Shown piece by piece: positions 39,715 to 49,748 of a DNA stretch of 64,000 nt. The notes beneath the pieces were generated by a model that worked only from the letters and a program-made list of their open reading frames with translations, made no database searches and had not been told where the DNA came from. Numbering within the stretch: position 1 is the first letter of the stretch; each line of letters begins with the position of its first letter. The stretch comes from Candidatus Bathyarchaeota archaeon (GTDB lineage Archaea > Thermoproteota > Bathyarchaeia > Bathyarchaeales > Bathycorpusculaceae): NCBI GenBank assembly GCA_963741005.1, contig CAVUGQ010000005.1, forward strand, positions 271,965 through 335,964, read 5' to 3'. Made by a program: the position numbers and the translations under genes.

Positions 39715-40188
39715 ATGCCTAAAAAAGAGTCTATTTCCCCTAATTCTTTGGAAGTGTTGAATACTCCTGAGAACAAGGAGCGTTTTGCTAAATTTCAAGC
39801 GCAAGCTGACGCATGCGACCAGAAAAAGGTTGATGCCGCTAAAATCTTTGATCCCGTAGCCTTGCTTAAACGAGCTTCTACGATTCATGAGTTTAATCAT
39901 CCAACTCTTGGCATAGTCAGGTTTGGGGAGTTGGTTTTAAACGACTCTGCGATCCTTGAGAAATGCATAACGCCCGCTGCAAAAACAGCAATGACTCTGT
40001 ACTTGATGCTTAAGAAAGCGCATCCGGGTCTCCCCGAATATACACCTGAAAACATCCTTGATTTCTACAATATGTTTCCGTTAGCTGAAGGTGCAGCTCT
40101 TTTGCAATTCATTAGTGAGCAACCCAGTTTTTTACCCAAAAAAAGCTCGAAGAATGGATTAGCGTCCACGGTGGAGCCCAAGACTTAG
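39715..40188 (+). CDS. Tail assembly chaperone-like protein
   Basis: 157 aa. Between major tail protein and TMP. Confidence 0.35.
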   Translation: MPKKESISPNSLEVLNTPENKERFAKFQAQADACDQKKVDAAKIFDPVALLKRASTIHEFNHPTLGIVRFGELVLNDSAILEKCITPAAKTAMTLYLMLKKAHPGLPEYTPENILDFYNMFPLAEGAALLQFISEQPSFLPKKSSKNGLASTVEPKT

Positions 40189-40306
40189 GCTATGTGATGA
40201 GTACGTTTCCACGGTATGGATCCTTTGAAGCCGTTGGGAAACTAAGCATTACTCGTTTCAAGTTTTTGGTAGCTTGGGCAAGATGGAGCAGAAAAGAGGC
40301 GCGTAA

Positions 40307-41632
40307 GTGAAGGATTTAGAAATTAGGTTAACTGCTGTTGATCAGGCAAGTGCTACAGTAGCGGAAGCTTCAAAACGTATCAGTGATAGTTTACGTGAGG
40401 TTTCTGATAGCCAAAATGGTTTAGCTGCGGCAACACAGCAAACTGTAGCTCCGTTAACTCAGGAAGAGCAAGTTCAGCTTGAAACAGCTGGCACAGCTCT
40501 TCAGTTAAAGACAGCTCAACAGGATCTTAGTGATGCTCAAAACAACCTTAATGTTGCTATACGAGGGTATGGAACTAACAGTGCGGAAGCTGCAGCTGCT
40601 CTTAGAGATCTAAATTCTGTTCAATCAAACGTTTCATCGTTGCAGGCTCAAGTGGGAGCGACTACGAAGCAGAATACGGTTTCTATGCGTGATTTTACCA
40701 CGGGGATCTCTGGGGTTGCGACGGCTTCTTTTAGTTTGTATGGTGCCTATGACCGAATTAATGCAGCGGAGATTAGTCTTGACCGTTCTAACTTGATGGT
40801 TAAGTCAAGTACTAAGTCGGTTGAGGATGCGCAGCGGACTCTTTCTAAAGCGATTTCTGAGCATGGCGTTAGTAGTCAGGAGGCGAAGTCTGCTTCTGAT
40901 GCGTTAAGTATTGCTCAGGATCGGTTGGCTTTGGCGGATGAGCGTGCCCTGCAAGCTCAGGAAAACGTGAATAAGTCAATTATGTCGGCTGCCTTGCAGA
41001 TTATCCCGACGTCAATAACTATGGTTGATAGTTTAAGTCGTGCCTGGAAGAATTTTCCTGACGTCAGCGCATTGTTGACCAAGATTAGTAGTGGTGTTGC
41101 TAACGTGGGGATCTCGGCTAAGACTGCGGCTATTGGGGTTGCGGCTTTTATGGGCGGTTTCTTAATTGCTGATACTTTGTTGAGTGCTATTCCTGAGGAT
41201 ATGCGTCAGATCGCTGGAGTATTAACTGCTTCTATTGCTGCGATTGTGGCTGCTACGATTGCGTGGATGGCTTTTCAGGGAACTATGACGATGGGTGTTG
41301 CTGTCCCCATTATTCTCGCGGCAGTTGGCATCGGGATTGCTGGAGTGAAAGCCGCTGTTGCTATGGCTGAAGGCGGCGTTGTTGAACGTCCAACTTATGC
41401 GTTAATCGGTGAAGCTGGTCCAGAAATCGTTATGCCTCTTAGCCAATATGAATCAATGCATCCTCAGCACTCAGCAACGGTGACAAGCAATAACTCACCC
41501 CAGGAAGTCACCGTAATTAATCTTACACAGAACCTTTACGGCGACATCAAAAGTGAAGCAGATGAGGATAGAGTTGCTCAGAAAGCGGTTGAGTTGCTCG
41601 ATTCGCGTAGTGTGCATAGGAGAAATATGTAG
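40307..41632 (+). CDS. Tail tape measure protein
   Basis: N-terminal A/Q/S-rich coiled coil, central TM helices, 441 aa. Confidence 0.7.
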   Translation: MKDLEIRLTAVDQASATVAEASKRISDSLREVSDSQNGLAAATQQTVAPLTQEEQVQLETAGTALQLKTAQQDLSDAQNNLNVAIRGYGTNSAEAAAALRDLNSVQSNVSSLQAQVGATTKQNTVSMRDFTTGISGVATASFSLYGAYDRINAAEISLDRSNLMVKSSTKSVEDAQRTLSKAISEHGVSSQEAKSASDALSIAQDRLALADERALQAQENVNKSIMSAALQIIPTSITMVDSLSRAWKNFPDVSALLTKISSGVANVGISAKTAAIGVAAFMGGFLIADTLLSAIPEDMRQIAGVLTASIAAIVAATIAWMAFQGTMTMGVAVPIILAAVGIGIAGVKAAVAMAEGGVVERPTYALIGEAGPEIVMPLSQYESMHPQHSATVTSNNSPQEVTVINLTQNLYGDIKSEADEDRVAQKAVELLDSRSVHRRNM

Positions 41633-41985
41633 TGACGTGGACTATTGAATCAGTAACTATTCCAGTGCCCTCAAAATGTAGAATCACTTGCAGAGCAAAC
41701 AAAGAAGAAATGCCTGTTTCCGGCGATTACCCTGCGCAGACAGTTGACGGTCTAAAATTAATGGTTGTGCTTGAAGGCGCGTTTGTAGGTGTTATGGCAA
41801 CTGTGTATGCTGCAACTGTTGCTCCGCTTCTATTGTTGGTTGGCACGCAAGTTACACTTTCAGCTGACGGCGTATTGGATGGTGAATGGATGCTTGATGA
41901 CTTCATACCCAACCGTGACAACCCTTCACTGTGGACGTACACCATGACATTGAGCAAAGGAAGCTCTAACTACACTTTTGGGTGA
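41632..41985 (+). CDS. Distal tail/baseplate small protein
   Basis: Coupled between TMP and the tail fiber gene. Confidence 0.3.
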   Translation: MTWTIESVTIPVPSKCRITCRANKEEMPVSGDYPAQTVDGLKLMVVLEGAFVGVMATVYAATVAPLLLLVGTQVTLSADGVLDGEWMLDDFIPNRDNPSLWTYTMTLSKGSSNYTFG

Positions 41986-44318
41986 GCGTTATGGGTAAAT
42001 GGGAAATTGAATACTACGATGACGGCGAAAGTGGCTTCATGCCGTTTTTGCCCTCTGAGATTGATCAAATTTATTTTGAGCATGAAGGCGAACCCTACGC
42101 AACCTTCTACATCAATAACACGACTGCAAATCAGACTTTGATTCAACAGGATCTCCTAGTCAACATCTACTTTGACAGCGTGCTGCAGTTCACTGGAATA
42201 CTGCAGGGTGGAGATCTTGAAGCTAAACCTACAAGGATTCTTGTCACAGTAGTCGATGATTTATTCATTACGCTTGATAAAGCAACTCCAATATCAGGTG
42301 CGTTTTCTGAGCGTCACGGTGCAAAAGCGATTCTTGACGTGATTCTTGCCGGTACAGGGTACACTTCTCATGCAAGCGTGCCGACAACTGTGATTCCTGT
42401 TGTTTTCTACCATGCGAACCGCTTAGACTGCATGGCTTTTCTACGCAAAGCACTAAACATGGATTTTTGGCATGAAGGTACAGTGGTTCATTTTGGCGCT
42501 GAAGGTGACACTGTAACTCTAACCCCTGCAGCAACTGACCTAACTATTTCTAAACGTGCCCTTAGCCGCAGAAAACAATATGACAAAGTTGAGGTGCGAG
42601 GTGTAGATGGTTATGGCTATCACATTATTGGAACTGCAGGCACCGGCTCAAAGGTGAAAGTAATCAATGAAACAGAGGTTGCAGACGCAACAACCTTGAA
42701 CACTATTGCTGCACGCAAACTTGCAGATTTAACCACTGACTCTGCAGGATTGCCAATCAGCGTGCCTATTTGGATTGGAAAAAGCTATGCTCTTGGGAAC
42801 AACGTTACAATTGTTGCACCACGCTATCTATTAAATGGCACTTACAAAATTAAGCAGTTGACTAAGACAAAAACTAAAGTCAGCATGCAACTTGACAACT
42901 TCAGAAAACCACTTGATGCAACAGTTGATGAACTCAAAAATTGGGAAGATCGCGGCATCTATGTACCTGGATCTACGTCTTGGAGTTTGAATCTGCAGGG
43001 GTTGATCGGGCTATTCCATTTGAATGAAGGTGAAGGCACTGATGCTAAGAACAAAGCGCCTGTTGATGCTCCTATTGACGGCGTGATCACTGATGGCAGC
43101 TGGGCAGATGGTCCTGTAACAAAAATACTTGAATTTAATGGTTCAAGTTCAATGGTTAGTTTGGGAGATGCAAGTAAATCTGGAATTAGCCTTACTGGCA
43201 AATTAAGTTTTGGTGGGTGGTTTAGTCCTTCAGCCGCAGATGCAACAGAAAGAAATGTGTGTCATAAAAGTGGTCAATTTGGTTTGCATTATCACTCAAA
43301 CACAGGAGTAGTCACTGCAACTCTAACTATAGGCACAACGGTGTATAGTTTTGATACAGATGCAGGTGTGGCAACTGTTGGTGCACGATTGTTTGTCATG
43401 GTAACCTACGACGGCGCTCATGTGCGCATGTACGTGAATGGTTATCTGCACAAAGAATGGACTCAAACAGGTAACCCTGATTCATCTGCCAATACAGTGT
43501 ATCTTGGCGTTTTCTTGCAGGGTGTTTTAGCTGAAGTCATGCTTTGGCAGCGAGCGTTGGTTGATCAGGAGGTGCTTGAGCTCTACTTTTTTCCCCTGCT
43601 ACGAGTTGTAGGCGGCAGCGGCGATGGCGGTGAGCCTGAACCTCCAGAGCAAAACGCCCTAAACAAAAGCGGCGTGGCAACATCACTAGCGGAAACCCAA
43701 TCTGCCTATCAAATATCAGAGGAGCTTGAAGTCATCAATGATCCAGGCTGCATGGAAACCATAGCTGAATCTATTGTTGTTGCCAAAGGGTCAACTATGC
43801 AGTCCATTAGCGAGGACATCGAGGTCACTCTCAATCCTCCTGACTGGACGCTCAACATCGGGGTTTCGCCCCCGCTTGTAGGACGCTCCATGTCCCCATC
43901 TGAAGGCGCCAACGGTGTACCAAGCGGATTGTCCCAAGTGGTGAGATGCACCGAAGCTCAATATTGGGCTGTTAAGAGTTGGATGGTGAACCACAATTCA
44001 GTCGCCGGCACAGATTTCAACGGATACTCTGAGGTCACTGTGGGACCTTACCTTGGCGGCTTGACAGCCGAAGCGATCGTCATAATCTACGCTGGCTGGG
44101 AGCTTTCTGTAAGCGGATCAACCAACAACGGTACCGATCAGATTCCTTACGATGAGAACAGCATGAGCTACACCCGCAGAGCCTACGACTCAGACGTTGA
44201 GGTTTACGATGGAGCATACCTCGACGGCATTAGGAAGACCACTTCCGCTTCGTATGCAGCCCCAGCCCAAGACGCCAACACCAGTCACACCTTAGAGTTT
44301 AAGTTCCACCCCAAGTAG
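41982..44318 (+). CDS. Tail fiber/baseplate protein with LamG (concanavalin-like lectin) domain
   Basis: LamG_3-like segment LSFGGWFSPS...ARLFVMVTYDGAHVRMYVNGYLH...VYLGVF...MLWQRAL. 778 aa. Confidence 0.65.
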   Translation: MSVMGKWEIEYYDDGESGFMPFLPSEIDQIYFEHEGEPYATFYINNTTANQTLIQQDLLVNIYFDSVLQFTGILQGGDLEAKPTRILVTVVDDLFITLDKATPISGAFSERHGAKAILDVILAGTGYTSHASVPTTVIPVVFYHANRLDCMAFLRKALNMDFWHEGTVVHFGAEGDTVTLTPAATDLTISKRALSRRKQYDKVEVRGVDGYGYHIIGTAGTGSKVKVINETEVADATTLNTIAARKLADLTTDSAGLPISVPIWIGKSYALGNNVTIVAPRYLLNGTYKIKQLTKTKTKVSMQLDNFRKPLDATVDELKNWEDRGIYVPGSTSWSLNLQGLIGLFHLNEGEGTDAKNKAPVDAPIDGVITDGSWADGPVTKILEFNGSSSMVSLGDASKSGISLTGKLSFGGWFSPSAADATERNVCHKSGQFGLHYHSNTGVVTATLTIGTTVYSFDTDAGVATVGARLFVMVTYDGAHVRMYVNGYLHKEWTQTGNPDSSANTVYLGVFLQGVLAEVMLWQRALVDQEVLELYFFPLLRVVGGSGDGGEPEPPEQNALNKSGVATSLAETQSAYQISEELEVINDPGCMETIAESIVVAKGSTMQSISEDIEVTLNPPDWTLNIGVSPPLVGRSMSPSEGANGVPSGLSQVVRCTEAQYWAVKSWMVNHNSVAGTDFNGYSEVTVGPYLGGLTAEAIVIIYAGWELSVSGSTNNGTDQIPYDENSMSYTRRAYDSDVEVYDGAYLDGIRKTTSASYAAPAQDANTSHTLEFKFHPK

Positions 44319-44328
44319 GTGAAAAAAG

Positions 44329-45030
44329 ATGGAAAGCATTACAAACGGAGTAAAAGAAATCGATTTCCAGAGCAGGTCATGGCGTGACCAACTCAGGGGC
44401 GCCGCCTTCAGCCAGAAACTATCCATCAAGATAGCAAAGGCTCGCATCGCCGAAGCACAAAGAAACCGCCTGCGCTTCCCAGAGTTGGGGATGGTAGCCG
44501 CCCTCAACCGCGAGGGCGTCATAAAGGAGGTCGGGTTCAACAGTGAAGGCGATTTATTTCTTGATAACTTTGGTCAATGGCTCGCTGGCATCGTAGTGTG
44601 CAAGAGCAATCAAGTAAAAGTTCTCAAGGACATTACTGGAACCAATCGCACCCTCCGATTTACCCACATAGGCGACGACAATCGATGGAATAAACAAATC
44701 AACGCTACACCTGGAATGTATTTTCAGCTTGGGAGCGGTACAACAGCTCCAGCAAGGTCAAACTATTGCATCGAAACCGCCTTTGCAGGCGCCCCCGAAA
44801 ACGCCAAATTCGAGGCGAGTTGGGGAATGCACACTAGCGGGTTTTGCGTGAATGCTGGCGCCATATCAGCCGGCGGAAGTGGCACCGTCAACGAGTCGAT
44901 TGCTATAACATATTGGGCTACTGACCTCAATAATGAGTATTTTTTCGCTATTGTGAGGGATGCTATTTGCCCAGGAGTTAGCTTCGTGCCTTCTGATGTT
45001 TTGTGTGCTACCTTAACATTCACATTTTAG
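44329..45030 (+). CDS. Tail-tip paralog 1 of 4 (GDLxLDNFG / F-x-G-S-G-T-x-P-x-R-S / FHD motifs)
   Basis: Shared motifs with 45042, 45731 and 46387. Confidence 0.6.
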   Translation: MESITNGVKEIDFQSRSWRDQLRGAAFSQKLSIKIAKARIAEAQRNRLRFPELGMVAALNREGVIKEVGFNSEGDLFLDNFGQWLAGIVVCKSNQVKVLKDITGTNRTLRFTHIGDDNRWNKQINATPGMYFQLGSGTTAPARSNYCIETAFAGAPENAKFEASWGMHTSGFCVNAGAISAGGSGTVNESIAITYWATDLNNEYFFAIVRDAICPGVSFVPSDVLCATLTFTF

Positions 45031-45041
45031 GACTTGAGTAA

Positions 45042-45731
45042 ATGGTTCGATTAAACGGAGAGCATTGGAAGGAGAACTTGATAGGGGAGACGCTTGATTA
45101 CCGCCTAAAGAAAGCCATTATCGAGCGACAGTGCAGGGAGAACGCTCAACTCATCAACCACATTAACGAATCAGCTTTTGTCGTTGTCACTGACCCTAAA
45201 ACTAGAAGGATAAAGGATATTGGGTTCAACAAGCCCGATGACTTGATACTCGACAATTTCGGATTGTTCCTCAATGCTCTAATGTGTCCCCCAATCAGTT
45301 ACACTGTAGCCCATAGCTCCGCCCCGATGGTTGACACCGATGGCGTCTCCCGTACAGTTGGCGTTTATTATTTTGTCCTAAATCAAGCCTACGAGTATAA
45401 CGAAATCTCGTCCTCTTACACCTACATCAAGTTTGGCAGTGGCAGCACCACGCCGGCGAGGTCAGACTGCAATATTGAGACAGCCCTTGGAGCTTCACCA
45501 GAGAACGGTGAGATCAAGATTAGTAATGGTCAGTATGGCAGCGGTCGAGTTGCTTTTGGCGGAGCAGTAATAGCTGCCGGTTCAGATACTTTGAGTGAAG
45601 TGGGGTTTTTTATTTATTGTAAGGCACTAAGCGCCCTATGCCACTTTATGTGGTTTCATGACCTTTTGTCCACCCCTGTCTCTTTTGTGGCAGGTGATAA
45701 GTTGACTGGAGTGTACTCGGTGGGGATCTGA
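45042..45731 (+). CDS. Tail-tip paralog 2 of 4
   Basis: DIGFNKPDDLILDNFG, FGSGSTTPARSD, MWFHDLLSTPVSF. Confidence 0.6.
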   Translation: MVRLNGEHWKENLIGETLDYRLKKAIIERQCRENAQLINHINESAFVVVTDPKTRRIKDIGFNKPDDLILDNFGLFLNALMCPPISYTVAHSSAPMVDTDGVSRTVGVYYFVLNQAYEYNEISSSYTYIKFGSGSTTPARSDCNIETALGASPENGEIKISNGQYGSGRVAFGGAVIAAGSDTLSEVGFFIYCKALSALCHFMWFHDLLSTPVSFVAGDKLTGVYSVGI

Positions 45732-46390
45732 TGGTTGATATAGACTTTCTAAGCAAAAGCTGGCAGAGTCAAGTGCTTGGATCCAAAGCTGACCGACATC
45801 TCGCCCTGGAAATGGTGAAGGCTCATGCTAAATGCTCGCGTCGGGCTGGCAACTTGCTTAGCGAGTCAGTGGTGTGCTTTGTCACGGATAGGGACAGGCG
45901 GATCTCTGATGTGGGGGTGAATTGCCCTGGCGATTTGATGCTTGACAACTTTGGCAAAATATTGGCTGGGTTCTTCACTTATCAGAGGACTTCTGCAAGA
46001 TCTGTTTCACTCGCCCGCTCTGACACGGGCGCACTTTACTCGGTTAATGTGTGGTGGACTTCATACTCATCGATGACTCTTGGCGGCACCTGCATTAAGA
46101 TAGGCGGGGGCAACATGGCTCCTAACAGGGCTGATTGGAATTTGACTTCTCCCTTAGACTCTCCAGTCGGCGATTCCTATTACCCAAGCGAAGGCAGTTA
46201 TACTGGGGGCATAGTGGCTTCGATAGTGTCGATCGCCTGCCCTTTTAGCGGAGTGTGCAGAGAGGTGGGCTTGTTTTACGACCCGCAAGCCTACAACTAT
46301 GACTTCATGATCTTCCATGACCTCCTCCAGCAGCCTGTCTCATTTTCTGAGGGGCAAGCTGTCCATGTAGTGTATGGGGTGAACTTGTGA
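45731..46390 (+). CDS. Tail-tip paralog 3 of 4
   Basis: DVGVNCPGDLMLDNFG, MIFHDLLQQPVSF. Confidence 0.6.
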   Translation: MVDIDFLSKSWQSQVLGSKADRHLALEMVKAHAKCSRRAGNLLSESVVCFVTDRDRRISDVGVNCPGDLMLDNFGKILAGFFTYQRTSARSVSLARSDTGALYSVNVWWTSYSSMTLGGTCIKIGGGNMAPNRADWNLTSPLDSPVGDSYYPSEGSYTGGIVASIVSIACPFSGVCREVGLFYDPQAYNYDFMIFHDLLQQPVSFSEGQAVHVVYGVNL

Positions 46391-47085
46391 GCGAGCTAAT
46401 CAAAGCCACCGATGAACATTGGAAGGACAACCTCATCGGCTTGACCCTCGGCAATCGTCTCAATTCTGCCATTGCAGCAAGGAGGCTTAAGGAGGTAAGA
46501 GCGGAGGTTCTATGTGGCTTAACCGACTTCACTCATGTTGCCTCCATTGACCCCAAGGGAAGAATTAGGGACATTGGGTTTAGCTCTGCAGGAGATCTTA
46601 TCCTTGATAACTTTGGGCAGTTTCTGTCTGGGTGGTTTGGTTCCCCAGGGGCCTATACCAGCAACATCGTCGTCCGCACCCTCTACGATACGACCAACGC
46701 CGCCCGTTCGGTCTATGTGAGGGGTTGCGCGAGCAGCTCTAGCACTAACTGGAGCTACTGCTCTAGCAGCTCAGGCATCGTTTTCCAGTTGGGTTCAGGT
46801 TCAACAGTCCCCGTCCGCTCGGATTACAAGATCCTAACTAACCTCGGCACCGCCCCCGAAAACGCTGCCTTCCTTCCAGCTGATTCCTCTTATGCTTCTG
46901 GGTTATTAACTGAGGCTGGAGTTGTGGTTGCTGGGGGGTCTGGCACGGTGAGGGAGGCTGGTGTGTTCATGCGTGTTAGGGCTCCGAGCACTCTGTACTA
47001 TTTCATGCTGTTTCATGATCAGGTGACCCCAGTCGCCTACGTGGCTGGAGACCGCCTCACCCAGACTCTTTCATTGGGGATATAG
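46387..47085 (+). CDS. Tail-tip paralog 4 of 4
   Basis: DIGFSSAGDLILDNFG, FQLGSGSTVPVRSD, FMLFHDQVTPVAY. Confidence 0.6.
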   Translation: MSELIKATDEHWKDNLIGLTLGNRLNSAIAARRLKEVRAEVLCGLTDFTHVASIDPKGRIRDIGFSSAGDLILDNFGQFLSGWFGSPGAYTSNIVVRTLYDTTNAARSVYVRGCASSSSTNWSYCSSSSGIVFQLGSGSTVPVRSDYKILTNLGTAPENAAFLPADSSYASGLLTEAGVVVAGGSGTVREAGVFMRVRAPSTLYYFMLFHDQVTPVAYVAGDRLTQTLSLGI

Positions 47086-47098
47086 GAGGTGAACTTGA

Positions 47099-47389
47099 AT
47101 GGTAACTAAGACAGTGAAGCTCGGGGAACTCTTGAAGCTTGAGCCGTTAGTGAATGTCGACCTCAAAGGTTTGAGGGATGGCAAATGCCATATGACCTTT
47201 AGCCCAGATGAATCCACCATCCTTGAACTGGCTTTTGACAACCAGAGCACCGAGTTGCTGAAGCAGAATGTGGCAGCTATCCGCGCTATCCTAGAGGAGG
47301 AGTTGTTTTTGACGGCTTCGGTGACTAAAAAGTTAATCTTGCAGGACGTCGCTGTCACCGAGAAGCAATGGGTTGAGACCCCCATTTAA
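47099..47389 (+). CDS. Small hypothetical protein, last gene of the virus-like cluster
   Basis: 96 aa. Confidence 0.3.
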   Translation: MVTKTVKLGELLKLEPLVNVDLKGLRDGKCHMTFSPDESTILELAFDNQSTELLKQNVAAIRAILEEELFLTASVTKKLILQDVAVTEKQWVETPI

Positions 47390-47762
47390 TAGCAACCCAA
47401 TAAACCCCCTTTTTCCTGCTATAGTCAAAAAACTTGGCGTTACATCTAAACACCTAAAACACGTTTGTTATACGTTTTCTTAACCCTTGAAAGCAATGTT
47501 TTCCACGTTTAGCTAGAAAATGGGATGCTATTTTCAGTAAATAATTCAGAGAGAGGTGATGTTTATTGTTGAAAAGTGAACGAATGTTTCTAAAACGTGT
47601 ATGTGCGCTTCCAAACGATTTGGCTTCAGCTTACTTGGAAGATTTAGAGCGACTGCTAAAGAGCGTCTTTTGTTTTTTGAGCGCCTAAAACTTCAACGCA
47701 AACAGGCAGGTCCCTGAAAAAAATTAGTTGGAAAAGAAATTTTAGGGTTGGAATAGTGTGCG

Positions 47763-48137
47763 TTACTTCTTTGTTAATGCTAACGCAGCACCTATTACTC
47801 CAAGAAGTAAACCTATCAAACTAAGTACTCCAAAAGTCAAGATACTTAGTAATGAGAACACCAGCACAATTAAGCCGCCTACAGTTACTTTGCGAAGCTT
47901 GTATAGCAAAATTGCGCCAACTATTATTATAATTGCGAACACGATAGCGATTGCTCCGACTATGTGTAGTGCAATGCCTGCGAGAATCCGACGTCTGATT
48001 TCATCTTCAAATCCTGAAATTTCCAGTGCTCTACCTTGTAGTGCTCGAAATATGCCCTGTATAAAAATTAATATACCTCCAGTGATAGATAGGGCAAATG
48101 CTGCAGTCAGTTTGCTTTTCTTTGTAGTTGACTCCAT
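47763..48137 (-). CDS. Small integral membrane protein (about 4 TM)
   Basis: 124 aa. Hydrophobic helices. Confidence 0.45.
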   Translation of the reverse strand: MESTTKKSKLTAAFALSITGGILIFIQGIFRALQGRALEISGFEDEIRRRILAGIALHIVGAIAIVFAIIIIVGAILLYKLRKVTVGGLIVLVFSLLSILTFGVLSLIGLLLGVIGAALALTKK

Positions 48138-48641
48138 TTTTTTAACCTCCTTTTTGCTCTCCTGCTTCCTAATTATTTACTGGAATACAGAAGGTAATAA
48201 GGAAATCGTACTTTTGATGTACACCAAAGATTAACCACGTTTTGCCGTGCCTTTTTTCGATAAATCATTCCTTCCCAAAATACCAAGATTCTTTTAGATA
48301 GAAAATTGAAGAATGTCGAAAGCAACAGCCCAACGAGGTGATTGCTTTGGCTTGACTTGTAGGATCCCTGTTTTCCAAGTGACTCTTGCAGGCGCTGTAA
48401 TCCGCACGGCTTATGGTTTTCTGGCAAAGATCGCTACAACACCAACAAGTGAGTTGCTGTTTGATGTGAAGTACTGGGCTGCGATGGTTATGAGCATAAT
48501 TATCAGTTTTGTAGGTTCAACCGGAAAGGTTCAACCGGAACATTCGCCATCAACATCTAAGGCTTTTTTAACGTGCCAAAAATCAAGGTTTTTACTGTTT
48601 ACTCTGTGTTTTTTATGTTAATTCTTGGGAGGTGATTTTGT

Positions 48642-48938
48642 TTGGATGTTGCTTTAGTTGTCTTAGCATGCGTTGTTTTGGGTGCGTTAGCTCAGACACT
48701 TGTGCGGTTTCTATCAAAAATCATACAGTCTTCAAGCCCAGTATCGTTTGATGTGAAGTATTGGGCTACCATGGCGCTCTCAATTATTCTAACTTTGATT
48801 GCTGCCTTAGGTGTCTTTATGGTTTTTCCGATTCCTGAAGGTTTGCCGCTTGTGTATATCGCTGTTTCTGCGTTGTTAGCTGGTTTTGCTTCTAACGTTG
48901 TTGTAAACTTAACTGTGGATACCGCGGCCAAGCAGTAG
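48642..48938 (+). CDS. Small membrane protein (3 TM). The partial paralog 48313..48621 shares FDVKYWA-M.
   Basis: FDVKYWATMALSIIL versus FDVKYWAAMVMSIII. Confidence 0.4.
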   Translation: MDVALVVLACVVLGALAQTLVRFLSKIIQSSSPVSFDVKYWATMALSIILTLIAALGVFMVFPIPEGLPLVYIAVSALLAGFASNVVVNLTVDTAAKQ

Positions 48939-49006
48939 TTGAGCGCGTGCGGCAACCTGACCAACTCCACATCAATCTTACCCAGCTTAAAGGTGCTTCA
49001 AATTGA

Positions 49007-49543
49007 TTATGCGTTTTGTGCTGTGACTGTTACTGTTGCTGTTGTTGGTTGGTCTGCGCTAACTGATTTTGCAGTTGTAGTAACTTCAAAATCAAAACTC
49101 CATGTTCCCAACTTATCAAGAGTAACAGAAGTCGGGTTCGCATCAAGAAGAGTCATAGTGCACGCAACATCTCCTACTATATGTGTAGAATCTGTTCCAA
49201 TTGCTGCAAATTTAACAACAATCTCATACGTCGAATAGTACGTAGCTAATACTTCTGTGTCACTTAAGGCAAAATTCAAATAGACTCCATCTTTAGTTGT
49301 GGTTAAACTTACAATGTCGCCTAAAGATGCAGTACCTGCCTTTGTATAAATTATCGTTGCCCCTTCCTCAATGTCGCCAAGAGCAGAGGTACTAACGGTG
49401 AGTGTTGCAATGTTTGTAATAGTTTGAGTCACTTGAACCTGGCCCGTTTCATAAACGTAGGCTGAGACAGCCGCAATGGACATAAAGCACAGCAAAAGTG
49501 CCGCTATTTTGTATTTTTTATTTATTATTTTCAAATAATTCAT
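49007..49543 (-). CDS. Secreted Thr-rich beta protein
   Basis: Signal KIAALLLCFMSIAAVSA. 178 aa. Confidence 0.45.
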   Translation of the reverse strand: MNYLKIINKKYKIAALLLCFMSIAAVSAYVYETGQVQVTQTITNIATLTVSTSALGDIEEGATIIYTKAGTASLGDIVSLTTTKDGVYLNFALSDTEVLATYYSTYEIVVKFAAIGTDSTHIVGDVACTMTLLDANPTSVTLDKLGTWSFDFEVTTTAKSVSADQPTTATVTVTAQNA

Positions 49544-49748
49544 CTCAAAAATTCAATTATGGTTTTCTAAAAATTCCCATAGTAACTTAGCATCATTGGT
49601 AATATATTATAGTTATGAATTTTGAGTACATAATTGGGCAACAATGTTTCATTTGTCAATTTGAACATTTTCAAGTCGTTTTTTAGTTAAAAGCCATAAA
49701 GTTTAGATACTAACCAACAATTATATAATATGTTCTTAAATTTATCTA

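Larger units (their letters stand above)
16614..47389 (+). mobile_element. Tailed-virus (HK97-like) morphogenesis gene cluster. No integrase or replication genes in the window, so it could be a provirus remnant or a GTA-like element. Interrupted by cargo and moron-like genes.
   Basis: Colinear order TerL, portal, MuF, protease/scaffold, capsid, connectors, major tail, chaperone, TMP, tail fiber. Confidence 0.7.

Noticed and set aside
47400-47760. Intergenic region with repeated AAACGT(G/T)T motifs; possible ncRNA
   Set aside because: No convincing conserved structure or second copy.
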